NCBI GenBank assembly: GCA_043775155.1
Contig: JAYVSR010000025.1
Coordinates: forward strand, 1 to 49,635
DNA: 49,635 nt
DNA from: Burkholderiales bacterium
GTDB taxonomy: Bacteria > Pseudomonadota > Gammaproteobacteria > Burkholderiales > JAEUOS01
Reading direction: 5' to 3'
In this document: in pieces, positions 26,457-34,665 of the stretch
Layout: each line of letters opens with the position of its first letter
Position numbering within the stretch: position 1 is the stretch's first letter
Notes under the pieces: model-generated
What the model was told of the DNA's origin: nothing
Databases searched by the model: none
The model's input: the letters and a program-made list of their open reading frames with translations, nothing else
Translations under genes and position numbers: made by a program

Positions 26457-27828
26457 AAACCACGCCCCACTCCGGGCTTAAGGCGTGATGGCCGAACAGC
26501 GCTACGCTTTTTACATCCGTAGCGATGACAGTATTCGCGGCGCTCGGCCGGTCCACCTCGCGGCCGGCCGCGACGAGCACCTGCACTGAGCTCAGATCGG
26601 AATAAAAATAGCCGAACTGAAGCCGCTGTCCGACCGCATCGCCCGCCACTGACGAGCGGCTTGGGTTGATGGTCCATGCCGCGCGAAACGGGCCAAAGTA
26701 GCGCTCCACCGTGAGATCAAGCGTATCAATCGACGCGGTGTTGTACTTGAGACGCTTCCAGCCCGCTTGCAAGCCCCAGCCGTCGGGCAGCGACTGGCTG
26801 GCCTGGACGTGAAGGGTGTGCTGCGGCAGCACCTGATGGGTCGGGCTAACCGACACTTCGGCCCACATCGATGTCTTCGCCGCCACCGGGGTGTAGGCGG
26901 TTAAATGCATCTGCGTGTCCGAAATGCCGAAGCGGGTGACCGACGCGAGCCGGCCTTGCCAGCCGCGCTTACCCTCGAGTTGCTGGTGGTACTGCACGTA
27001 GGCATCGCGCCAGTCCGGCGTGCCGGTCGAGAGCGTTTCGCGCACGATGCCGGACTCTATCGAGCGCATCAACGGGGGTGGTACCAACGTTGCCGAAGCA
27101 GCCGCGGTTACCGCTGCGGTTACAGCCGCAGTTACAGCTACGGTACCCGCTACACCGGCCGCAGCGGGTGCCGTTGCGGGTGCCGTTGCGGGTGCCGTTG
27201 CGAGAACTGCGGCCGGCACTGCTGCTGCTACGACAGGTGCGGCCGGCTCCGCCGCGATGGCGGTCGCGCCGGGCGCGGGGTCCGGTGGTGCTGACCGGCC
27301 TGGCAGACTTGCTGGTGCATCGAGTGCGGCCAATCCCTGGCGTGCCCAATCGGGCTGATGGAAGCGGCGTAGCGCCCCTGCATAGAGAGTGCGCGCGTCG
27401 GCGGTGCGGCCGGTGGCGGCCAGCGCTTGCCCCAGAAATCGCTGGACATCCTGATACGCCGGGGCGATGCGCTGCGCCCGTTGCAGGGGTGCCAGCGCGC
27501 GCTTTGGGTCGTTGCCCCAGAGCCAGTTGCGGCCTTGACCCAGCAGGTAATCGGCGTTGTCCGGATAGACCGCGAGGATGCGCGCGTACTGGCGCGCCGC
27601 TTCACCGGTACGCCCTTGCTGCGAAAGCTGCTGCGCCAGTTGAAACACCAAATCGGCATCGTCCGGATCTTTTTTGAGGCGATCACGCAACGCCCTGACT
27701 TTCGCTTCCATCAGGCGTTGTTCTTCGGCAGTGGGCGCGCCGCAGGCTGGCTGCGCCAGCGCGGCCAACAGCGCAAATACCGCACTCGCCACGACACGGC
27801 GCTGAACGCTGCTCTGATCGCGCAACAC
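26383..27828 (-). CDS. outer-membrane protein: signal peptide + TPR domain + low-complexity linker + YaiO-family beta-barrel
   Basis: GTG start. Signal VVASAVFALLAALAQPA. TPR units (FQLAQQLSQQGRTGEAARQYARILAVYPDNADYL...). Linker with ATAPATAPATAP and AVTAAVTAAVTAA. The C-terminal 250 aa resemble E. coli YaiO as I remember it (GWKRLKYN...VERYFGPF..., terminal LSLGLRFRF). Confidence 0.8.
   Translation of the reverse strand: MLRDQSSVQRRVVASAVFALLAALAQPACGAPTAEEQRLMEAKVRALRDRLKKDPDDADLVFQLAQQLSQQGRTGEAARQYARILAVYPDNADYLLGQGRNWLWGNDPKRALAPLQRAQRIAPAYQDVQRFLGQALAATGRTADARTLYAGALRRFHQPDWARQGLAALDAPASLPGRSAPPDPAPGATAIAAEPAAPVVAAAVPAAVLATAPATAPATAPAAAGVAGTVAVTAAVTAAVTAAASATLVPPPLMRSIESGIVRETLSTGTPDWRDAYVQYHQQLEGKRGWQGRLASVTRFGISDTQMHLTAYTPVAAKTSMWAEVSVSPTHQVLPQHTLHVQASQSLPDGWGLQAGWKRLKYNTASIDTLDLTVERYFGPFRAAWTINPSRSSVAGDAVGQRLQFGYFYSDLSSVQVLVAAGREVDRPSAANTVIATDVKSVALFGHHALSPEWGVVYGAGRTRQGTTTRESLSLGLRFRF
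27104..27199. repeat. two blocks of 12-bp tandem repeats inside the porin linker
   Basis: 27104-27151: four imperfect units GCGGTTACCGCT-like. 27164-27199: three perfect units GCGGGTGCCGTT. Confidence 0.85.
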
Positions 27829-27838
27829 TATTCCCGTC

Positions 27839-28213
27839 TCAGCCCAGGGCTTTACGCACGCGCGCGACCAACTCTACCGGCCGAAACGGCTTGATCAAGT
27901 AATCGCAGGCACCGCCTTCGAGGCCGCGCACCACGTCCTGTTCGCGTGCCATGCTGCTCAACATCAGCACTGGCACGTCGCGCCAGGCGGCGCGGCTGCG
28001 CATGCTGGCCAGCAGTTCAAAACCGTTGTGATAAGGCATCATGACATCGAGAATCACCAGATCGGGAATCGCGCCACTCTCAAACTCAAGCATGCCCTGT
28101 TCACCATCGGCAATCAGGCGCACGATGAAGCCTTCACGGGCAAGCTTGAACTCGATCAGCTTTGCCATGTCCGGATCGTCGTCGATCACAAGAATGGTTT
28201 TTGTCGGATGCAT
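27839..28213 (-). CDS. stand-alone CheY-like receiver (single-domain response regulator)
   Basis: 124 aa. ILVIDDDPD (acidic pocket), LVILDVMMP (phospho-Asp), VLMLSS, YLIKPF. No output domain. The stop is 10 nt before the porin start. Confidence 0.9.
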   Translation of the reverse strand: MHPTKTILVIDDDPDMAKLIEFKLAREGFIVRLIADGEQGMLEFESGAIPDLVILDVMMPYHNGFELLASMRSRAAWRDVPVLMLSSMAREQDVVRGLEGGACDYLIKPFRPVELVARVRKALG

Positions 28214-28280
28214 GCTGCAAGGCTCGCCGGATTTCCATTCCCGCAGTTCACACGCCGGGCTGGCTTACGCCTGGCGGCGG

Positions 28281-28315
28281 GTCAATTTGACTGACGTTGT
28301 CGGGGCAGTTAATTT
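28281..28315 (+). promoter_or_regulatory. palindrome overlapping a candidate promoter in the divergent control region
   Basis: GTCAA-T-TTGAC (28281-28291). TTGACT (28287-28292), 17-nt spacer, TAATTT (28310-28315). Confidence 0.4.
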
Positions 28316-28425
28316 ACCTACTCGCAATGATTCTATCTCATCGAACCTGCAGGGCCAGACGCATCGGCTGGCAAATTCCCCCAATGCCGTCAAATCGGGC
28401 ATCGCGCGCGGCGGGGGATCGAACG

Positions 28426-29916
28426 ATGCCCGATAATCCGCCATTCGTTCGCAGTTGGCGGACAGCATTGGGTGCCGTCATGATTCAAAAACATCGGAAT
28501 ACCAAATTTGGCATCGCCGGGCTGGCAGTCTGCGCCGCCGCAGTGGTCGGCTGGTGGTGGTTTTTCGGTATGTCGCGAGAGCAAACTGCCGAGCTCGTCA
28601 GTGTTCAGGGCGCGATCAACATCGACGGCGCAGCAGTCACAGAACCGGGATGGAAAGGGCCGGCCAAGGGCCGCCAGATTGCCGCCGGCGCGGACGGTTT
28701 TGCGACGATCCGCTTGGCCGATGGCAGCCTGACGCAGTTAACCCCTGGTACCCGCCTCACGGTGGCGGCGGCGCGCCAGAGTGCCGATGGCACGCAATTC
28801 CGGGTTGATCTCAAGCTCGATGGGGGCGAAGTGTTGCGCGATGTGCCGTCCCCGGCGCCGGGTGTGACACGTGAGTCGAATTTGGTCACGCCGGTCGCAA
28901 ACATTGGTGTGCGCGGTACTTACTACCTGGTGCGCAGCGACGCCGGTGCCAGCCGCGTGATGGTGCATCGTGGCGCGGTGGTGCTGGGCAACGGCGCAGA
29001 TGCCGCCAAACTAACGGAAAACTACGGCACCGTCGCCGCCTTGGCGAAGGCCCCCGAGCCGCCCAGCGTGTTGTTGCCGCCACCGGGCTTGGCCGAACCG
29101 GCGGGGTCGCAGCAACAAACTGCCGCTGCGATTCAATTCACATGGCAGGTGGTGCCGCAGGCGAAAGCCTATGTCCTTGAGATCGCGCGCGACGCGCAGT
29201 TTCGCGATCTGGTGTTGCGGCAACGGGCCAGCCTGCCGACGGTTTCGCTCACTGCGCCACTCCCGCATGATGCGCGCTTTTATTGGCGCGTTGCTTCGCT
29301 TGACGGGCGCGATCTACTCGGGCGCGGCTCGGAGCCGCGTCTGATGCATTACAAATATTTTCATACGGCCGGCAAAGCGCGGGTAAAAACCGGTGATGCG
29401 AAAGGCGCGCTCGAGTTGTATCAGCGCGCCGAGACCGGCTACAACAGCGACCCCGTATTGCTCAAGGAAATTGGCTGGGCCCACTATCTGGCGTCGAATC
29501 TGCCGGCGGCGCGCACCTACTTTGACCGCGCGATTACGCTCGACGGCACCGACCTTGAAGCACGGATTCAACGCGGCCGCGTGCTGTATTGGCTCAAAGA
29601 CTTGGCAGCAGCACAGGCGGACTACGACAAGGTGCTGGCCACCGCTCCCGATGATCTCGATGCGGTGTGGGGCTTGGCAGAGGTAGAGCGCGCGCAGGGC
29701 CGCCAGATTGAAGCGCTGGCCCATCTTGACCGCGTGCTGGCCAAGTTTCCGCAACACGAATATGCGTTGTTCGGTGCCGCGCAGGCGGCGCTGGCCCTCG
29801 GCCAAAAAGACCGCGCGCGCGAATTGCTGGCGCGCGAACTCAAGCTGCGGCCCGCTCACGCCAACGCCGCCGCGCTGTACAGCCAGTTGCAGCGTAAACC
29901 GCTGCCGCCGGAATAG
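28426..29916 (+). CDS. FecR-domain / TPR protein, single-pass membrane
   Basis: ATG 28426 with GGGGGA Shine-Dalgarno. TM FGIAGLAVCAAAVVGWWWFF. FecR-like beta-sandwich (GFATIRLADGSLTQLTPGTRLTV...GEVLRDV...IGVRGTYYLV...VHRGAVVL). Ig-like segment (IQFTWQVVPQAKAYVLEIARDAQF...YWRVASLD). Four or more TPRs at the C-terminus. Confidence 0.8.
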   Translation: MPDNPPFVRSWRTALGAVMIQKHRNTKFGIAGLAVCAAAVVGWWWFFGMSREQTAELVSVQGAINIDGAAVTEPGWKGPAKGRQIAAGADGFATIRLADGSLTQLTPGTRLTVAAARQSADGTQFRVDLKLDGGEVLRDVPSPAPGVTRESNLVTPVANIGVRGTYYLVRSDAGASRVMVHRGAVVLGNGADAAKLTENYGTVAALAKAPEPPSVLLPPPGLAEPAGSQQQTAAAIQFTWQVVPQAKAYVLEIARDAQFRDLVLRQRASLPTVSLTAPLPHDARFYWRVASLDGRDLLGRGSEPRLMHYKYFHTAGKARVKTGDAKGALELYQRAETGYNSDPVLLKEIGWAHYLASNLPAARTYFDRAITLDGTDLEARIQRGRVLYWLKDLAAAQADYDKVLATAPDDLDAVWGLAEVERAQGRQIEALAHLDRVLAKFPQHEYALFGAAQAALALGQKDRARELLARELKLRPAHANAAALYSQLQRKPLPPE

Positions 29917-29918
29917 CG

Positions 29919-32429
29919 ATGCCGATGTTCAACCGCTATGCCTGGCGCGGCGCAGCCCTCGCGCTGGCCGGCGTGGTGTTTACTGCGCTGGCGGCGCTGC
30001 TGCCGGTGTCGCAGCAGATCGATCTTGCGCTCGGTGACGCACTCGCCCGGCTGACTGCGCCGTCGGTGGATCTGCGGGACAGCGTGGTCGTCGATGTCGA
30101 TGAAGAGTCGATGCGTCTGCTGGCCCCGCAACTCGGTGCCTGGCCGTATGACCGCGACGTCTATGCGCTGGTGAACCGCTATTTGCTCGATGCCGGCGCG
30201 GCTGTGGTGACTTACGACATTTTGTTTTCCGAAGCCCGCCGCGGCGACGATGCGTTCGCAGCCACACTCAATCAGAAGGTGGTGTTGGCGGCAGTCGCGC
30301 TGCCGCAGAATGGCGTGGCGCGCGATGCCGCGTATCAACGCCGGCTGGCGGCGGCCGCTTGGGCGGGTGCAGCAGACTGGCCAGCCCAGGCATGGGATGA
30401 CATGACACTGCCGCTGGAAATATTCAGCGCGCGCGCACAAACCGGTGTGATCAGTGTATTGCCTGACGCCGATGGCGTGCTGCGCAGTGTGCCGCTGCTG
30501 CACCGGATTCAGGGGCAGGTGCTGCCCAGCGCAGCCCTGGCCGGGTTGCGCGCCGCCGGTGTGACGGTACAGACCGATCCGGCCGGGGGCAGTGTGACGG
30601 CCGGCGCGACGCGCCTGCCGGTCGATCAAGCCGGGCGGGTCAGGCTGCGCTACCCGAATGAATTTCGCGGGTTGCGGGTGCTGCCGTTTTATCAGGTAGC
30701 GCTGGCCGCCAGCGGCGCGCGTCAGTATGCACAGATGGGCGCTTCGCTGCGCGGCAAGCTGGTGCATGTCGGGAGTTCCAGCGCGGTGCTGGGCGACTTC
30801 ATCCAGTCGCCGGTTGGCCGCATGGCCGGCGTGTTTTTGGTCGGGCTGTTACCGGCCATGCTCAAAGATGGCTTGGTGCTAACGCCGCGCCACTGGTTCT
30901 CCGACGGCATCTTGATGCTTGCAGTGCTGGCGCTGGCGCTAGCGGCGGCGCATCCGCGCGCGCAGAACCTGGTCTGGGTGCAGGTGTTGGCGCTGCCGGT
31001 CTTGCTGCTGGCGGTCGCGGCGGCGGTGACCGGCCTCAATGCAGCCGGACGCGGCTCGGCGGTGCTGCTGCCCGCCCTGCTCGGCACCTTTATTCATTTG
31101 TCTGCCGTGTTCTGGCGCCAGGTGCATTTGTTTCGCAAGAGCCAGCAACTGCTGCTCGAAAAACTCGCCGCCGAAGATGCGGCGCGGCTCAAGAGCCAAT
31201 TTTTGTCGCACATGACGCACGAGCTGCGCACCCCGCTCACTGCGATCATGGGCTTCAACAACATCAATTGGCACAGCGATGACCTCGGGCGCGCCCAGCG
31301 TACCGGCAACAGCGAGGTGATCGACCGCAATGGCCGCCACCTGATGGCGCTGATCAACAACATTCTCGATCAGGCCAAGCTCGAAGCCGGGCAGGTGCGC
31401 ATCATGATGCAGCCCGAAGCGGTGCGCGCGGTAGTCGACGATGTGGTCGCCTCGCTGCAGCCGCTGGTGCGGGATAAACCGGTGCTGCTTTCGGCCGAGT
31501 ATGCCGCCAGCGTACCCGAGGCGCTCGAGCTCGACGCGTTCCGCCTGCGTCAAATTTTGCTCAACCTGACCAGCAACGCGATCAAATTTACCGAGCGCGG
31601 CAGCGTCGTGCTCAAGGTTGACTGGGCCGCTGACCGGCTGTCGATCGCGGTGGCGGACACCGGCTCCGGGTTGAGCCCTGAAGGCCTGGCGCGGCTATTC
31701 GTCGCATTTCAGCAGGCCGACGACAAGGTCGCGTCGACCCACGGCGGCACCGGACTCGGCCTGACCATCAGCCGCGACCTGGCGACGCTGATGCAAGGCG
31801 AGATCACGGTGACCTCGGAGCTGGCGGTGGGCACGGTGTTTACTTTGCGGATTGCCGCGCCGCTGGCGCAGCTGGCAGCGGCTGATGCGCTGGCAGACCC
31901 ACTGAACTCCGCATCCAACAGCGCATCAAGTACCGGTTTGAACGCCGCCGTGGGTACCTCAAAGTCCCCCCCGGCCAGCGCGGCGGGTGCCGGTGCGGCT
32001 GGGGCCTCGCTTGGGGCAGCAGCAGGGCCGGCAGTGCCAGAGGTGGCAACCCTCCACGGCACCGTGTTGCTCGCTGAAGATACGCCCGACCTGCGCAGTC
32101 TCGCCGTGATGTACCTGAAGCGTCTCGGCCTTGACGTGATTGAAGCGGTCAACGGCCAGGAGGCGGTTGATCTGGCGTTGCTCCATCGTCCCGACGCGAT
32201 ATTGATGGACCTCGAAATGCCGGTATTGCACGGCCTCGAAGCGGTCAAACAGTTACGCGGGCGCGGCTTTGGCGGCCCGATCCTGGCGATGACCGCGCAT
32301 ACCGGCGACGACCAGCGCGCACTGGCGCTGGCGGCCGGCTGCAACGATATGCTGTCCAAGCCGGTGTCGCGCACGGGCTTGCGCACGGCACTCGACGGCG
32401 TGCTCAGCGCCCAGCGGCGCGCGAGTTGA
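29919..32429 (+). CDS. CHASE2-sensor hybrid histidine kinase (CHASE2-TM-HisKA-HATPase-REC)
   Basis: VVVDVDEESMRLLAPQLGAWPYDRDVYALVNRYLLDAGAAVVTYDILFSE (CHASE2). TM bundle. FLSHMTHELRTPLTAIMGF (H-box). NLTSNAIKFT (N-box). DTGSGL, GGTGLGLTISRD (G-boxes). Ala/Ser/Gly linker. REC (VLLAEDTPD...AILMDLEMP...ILAMTAH). Starts 2 nt after the FecR gene stop. Confidence 0.9.
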   Translation: MPMFNRYAWRGAALALAGVVFTALAALLPVSQQIDLALGDALARLTAPSVDLRDSVVVDVDEESMRLLAPQLGAWPYDRDVYALVNRYLLDAGAAVVTYDILFSEARRGDDAFAATLNQKVVLAAVALPQNGVARDAAYQRRLAAAAWAGAADWPAQAWDDMTLPLEIFSARAQTGVISVLPDADGVLRSVPLLHRIQGQVLPSAALAGLRAAGVTVQTDPAGGSVTAGATRLPVDQAGRVRLRYPNEFRGLRVLPFYQVALAASGARQYAQMGASLRGKLVHVGSSSAVLGDFIQSPVGRMAGVFLVGLLPAMLKDGLVLTPRHWFSDGILMLAVLALALAAAHPRAQNLVWVQVLALPVLLLAVAAAVTGLNAAGRGSAVLLPALLGTFIHLSAVFWRQVHLFRKSQQLLLEKLAAEDAARLKSQFLSHMTHELRTPLTAIMGFNNINWHSDDLGRAQRTGNSEVIDRNGRHLMALINNILDQAKLEAGQVRIMMQPEAVRAVVDDVVASLQPLVRDKPVLLSAEYAASVPEALELDAFRLRQILLNLTSNAIKFTERGSVVLKVDWAADRLSIAVADTGSGLSPEGLARLFVAFQQADDKVASTHGGTGLGLTISRDLATLMQGEITVTSELAVGTVFTLRIAAPLAQLAAADALADPLNSASNSASSTGLNAAVGTSKSPPASAAGAGAAGASLGAAAGPAVPEVATLHGTVLLAEDTPDLRSLAVMYLKRLGLDVIEAVNGQEAVDLALLHRPDAILMDLEMPVLHGLEAVKQLRGRGFGGPILAMTAHTGDDQRALALAAGCNDMLSKPVSRTGLRTALDGVLSAQRRAS

Positions 32430-32467
32430 TTGGCTTGTCGTCTGAGTAGATCGGGGGCGTGAGAATC

Positions 32468-32495
32468 GCTCCCACCAAGGCTTTCAGGCCGGTGG
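32468..32495 (+). repeat. 28-bp repeat, right copy (flanks the EPS/sensor block)
   Basis: GCTCCCACCAAGGCTTTCAGGCCGGTGG. Overlaps the last 4 codons of convergent ampG. An extended version, CGTGAGAATCGCTCCCACCAAGG (32458-32480), also matches 47424-47446 at 20 of 23 positions. Confidence 0.8.
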
Positions 32496-33767
32496 TGATA
32501 GTGATGGTGATGGCGGATTGTCCACCTGCTCGTTCAGCCGATCAATGTTCTCCCGCTGCAGCCACAACAACACCAGCCCCGGCAGCGCGATCAGCACGGT
32601 GACAATAAAAAAATGTGCCCAGCCAAACGATTCGACCATCAGGCCTGACAACGGCCCAGCGAGATAGGTACGCCCGACTGCCGCCAAGGCCGAGAGCAGC
32701 GCGAACTGGGTCGCCGAGTAACGCACACGGCACAGCGCCATCAAAAACGCGACGAACGCCGCCGTGCCCATGCCACCGGCCAGATTCTCCAGGCCAACGA
32801 CTGTCGCCATCGACCAATAAGCTTTCGGCGTTACCGCGAGAAACCAGAAACCGAGATTGGTCACCGCCTGCAACACGCCGAACAACATCAGCGCGCGATA
32901 CAACGACAGACGCGTCATCAGCGCGCCACCGGCCAGCGCGCCGATGATGGTGGCGACGAGACCGAGAATCTTGTTGATCGCACCGACCTCGGTCGCTGAA
33001 AACCCCGCTCCGCGAATCAAAAACGCGGTGGACAAACTACCGGCGAAGGCGTCGCCCAGTTTGTAGAGCACGATCAACACCAGCACCAGCACCGCGCCGT
33101 CGCGCGAAAAAAAATCTTTCATTGGGCCGATCACCGCCTCATTGAGCGTGCGCGGCGGCGGCACGATCACTTCCGGCTCGGGCGCGAACCAGGTGGCAAT
33201 GATGCCGATCAACATCAGCGCCGCCATCAGCCAGTAGGTTGCCTGCCAGCCGAGAAAGCTGTCGGCCAGCACCAGCGCAAGGCCGCCGGACACCAGCATT
33301 GCGAGGCGGTAGCCCAGCACCGACACCGCCGCACCCGCGCCGCGCTCTTCTTTGCGCAGCACGTCGGTGCGGTAGGCGTCGAAGGCGATGTCTTGCGAGG
33401 CCGAGCAGAACGCCACGACCACTGCGATCATTGCCAGCGCGAGGATCGCGTCCTTCGGCGATTGCGTCCCCATCAGCGCGATGCCGGCCACGAGCAGGAG
33501 TTGCGTCGCCACCATCCACCCACGCCTGCGTCCGAGCAGCGGCGGCACAAACCGGTCCATCAACGGCGCCCACAAAAACTTCAGGGTATAGGCGCTGCCA
33601 ACGAGCGTCAAAAAACTGATGGTCTTGATGTCGAGGCCATCGACCGTGGCCCAGGCTTGCAGTGTGCCGGTGGTGAGCGCCAGCGGCAGGCCGGACGAGA
33701 ACCCCAGCAGCAGCATGAACGCGACGCGGCGCTGGGTGAAGATGGTGGTGTAGGTGCTGAACGTCAT
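32484..33767 (-). CDS. ampG: AmpG-family muropeptide MFS permease
   Basis: RRVAFMLLLGFSSGLPLALTTGTLQAWATVDGLDIKTISFLTLVGSAYTLKFLWAPLMDRF, the canonical AmpG N-terminus. 12-14 TM helices. Confidence 0.9.
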   Translation of the reverse strand: MTFSTYTTIFTQRRVAFMLLLGFSSGLPLALTTGTLQAWATVDGLDIKTISFLTLVGSAYTLKFLWAPLMDRFVPPLLGRRRGWMVATQLLLVAGIALMGTQSPKDAILALAMIAVVVAFCSASQDIAFDAYRTDVLRKEERGAGAAVSVLGYRLAMLVSGGLALVLADSFLGWQATYWLMAALMLIGIIATWFAPEPEVIVPPPRTLNEAVIGPMKDFFSRDGAVLVLVLIVLYKLGDAFAGSLSTAFLIRGAGFSATEVGAINKILGLVATIIGALAGGALMTRLSLYRALMLFGVLQAVTNLGFWFLAVTPKAYWSMATVVGLENLAGGMGTAAFVAFLMALCRVRYSATQFALLSALAAVGRTYLAGPLSGLMVESFGWAHFFIVTVLIALPGLVLLWLQRENIDRLNEQVDNPPSPSLSPPA

Positions 33768-33834
33768 CGCGGCGAATTATCGCTTATGCTTTGCGCATGC
33801 TTAATTTTCGATGCAATTCCCTTCTATCCCGGCG

Positions 33835-34665
33835 ATGAAAAAACTTCTGACTTTCACTTTCACAGCAGCACTCGCTGTGACATCTGCATTTGCCAAAGAC
33901 GAGCCGCCGAAAGAGGGCGTTGACGTTGGCAAGCGTTCCGGCTTTACCAAGCTGGTATCGGCTGAGCAAGTCGAGCGCAGCGCCGCCCAGCAGTACGAAC
34001 AGCTCAAGGCCCAAGCGTCCCAACAGCGCGCGCTCGGCGCCGACGACAATCCGCAAGTGCAACGTCTGCGCGCGATTGCCAAAAGACTGCTGCCCTTCAC
34101 CGCCAAGTGGAACGAGCGTGCGAGTACCTGGAAGTGGGAGGTCATTCTGATCGGCAGCAAGCAGATCAACGCGTTCTGCATGCCGGGCGGCAAGATCGCT
34201 TTTTATACCGGCATTCTAGATACGCTCAAGATGACCGACGATGAAGTCGCGGCCGTCATGGGACACGAGATCGCGCATGCGCTGCGTGAACACTCGCGCG
34301 AACGAATGGGTAAACAGGCTGCGACGAACATTGGCGCGAATATCTTCTCTCAGGTGTTTGGCCTGGGCAATCTGGGCAACGCCGCGCTCGGCGCAGGCGC
34401 CAATCTGCTCACACTCAAGTTTTCTCGCGACGATGAAACCGAGGCCGATCTGGTCGGGCTTGAGTTGATGGCGCGTGCCGGCTACGATCCCCGTGCCGGC
34501 ATTACCCTGTGGCAAAAAATGCAGGCTGCCAGCAAAGGCGCGCCGCCGCAGTGGATGTCTACCCACCCGGCGAGCGATACCCGGATCAAGGAAATTCAAA
34601 AGCACCTGCCCGAGGTGATGCCGCTCTACGAGCGGGCGAGGAAGACGCAAGGCAAAGGCGGCTGA
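33835..34665 (+). CDS. M48-family zinc metallopeptidase (secreted or lipoprotein-like)
   Basis: MKKLLTFTFTAALAVTSAFA signal. INAFCMPGGKIAFYTGIL. HEIAHALREH (HExxH). EADLVGLELMARAGYDP. STHPASDTRI. Confidence 0.88.
   Translation: MKKLLTFTFTAALAVTSAFAKDEPPKEGVDVGKRSGFTKLVSAEQVERSAAQQYEQLKAQASQQRALGADDNPQVQRLRAIAKRLLPFTAKWNERASTWKWEVILIGSKQINAFCMPGGKIAFYTGILDTLKMTDDEVAAVMGHEIAHALREHSRERMGKQAATNIGANIFSQVFGLGNLGNAALGAGANLLTLKFSRDDETEADLVGLELMARAGYDPRAGITLWQKMQAASKGAPPQWMSTHPASDTRIKEIQKHLPEVMPLYERARKTQGKGG

Noticed and set aside
27104-27199. Possibility that the short tandem arrays (here and at 8199, 43971 and 47564) are CRISPR-like
   Set aside because: The units are 10-15 bp, directly abutting with no spacers, and mostly inside or touching coding sequence. 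There are no cas genes. They are simple tandem repeats.
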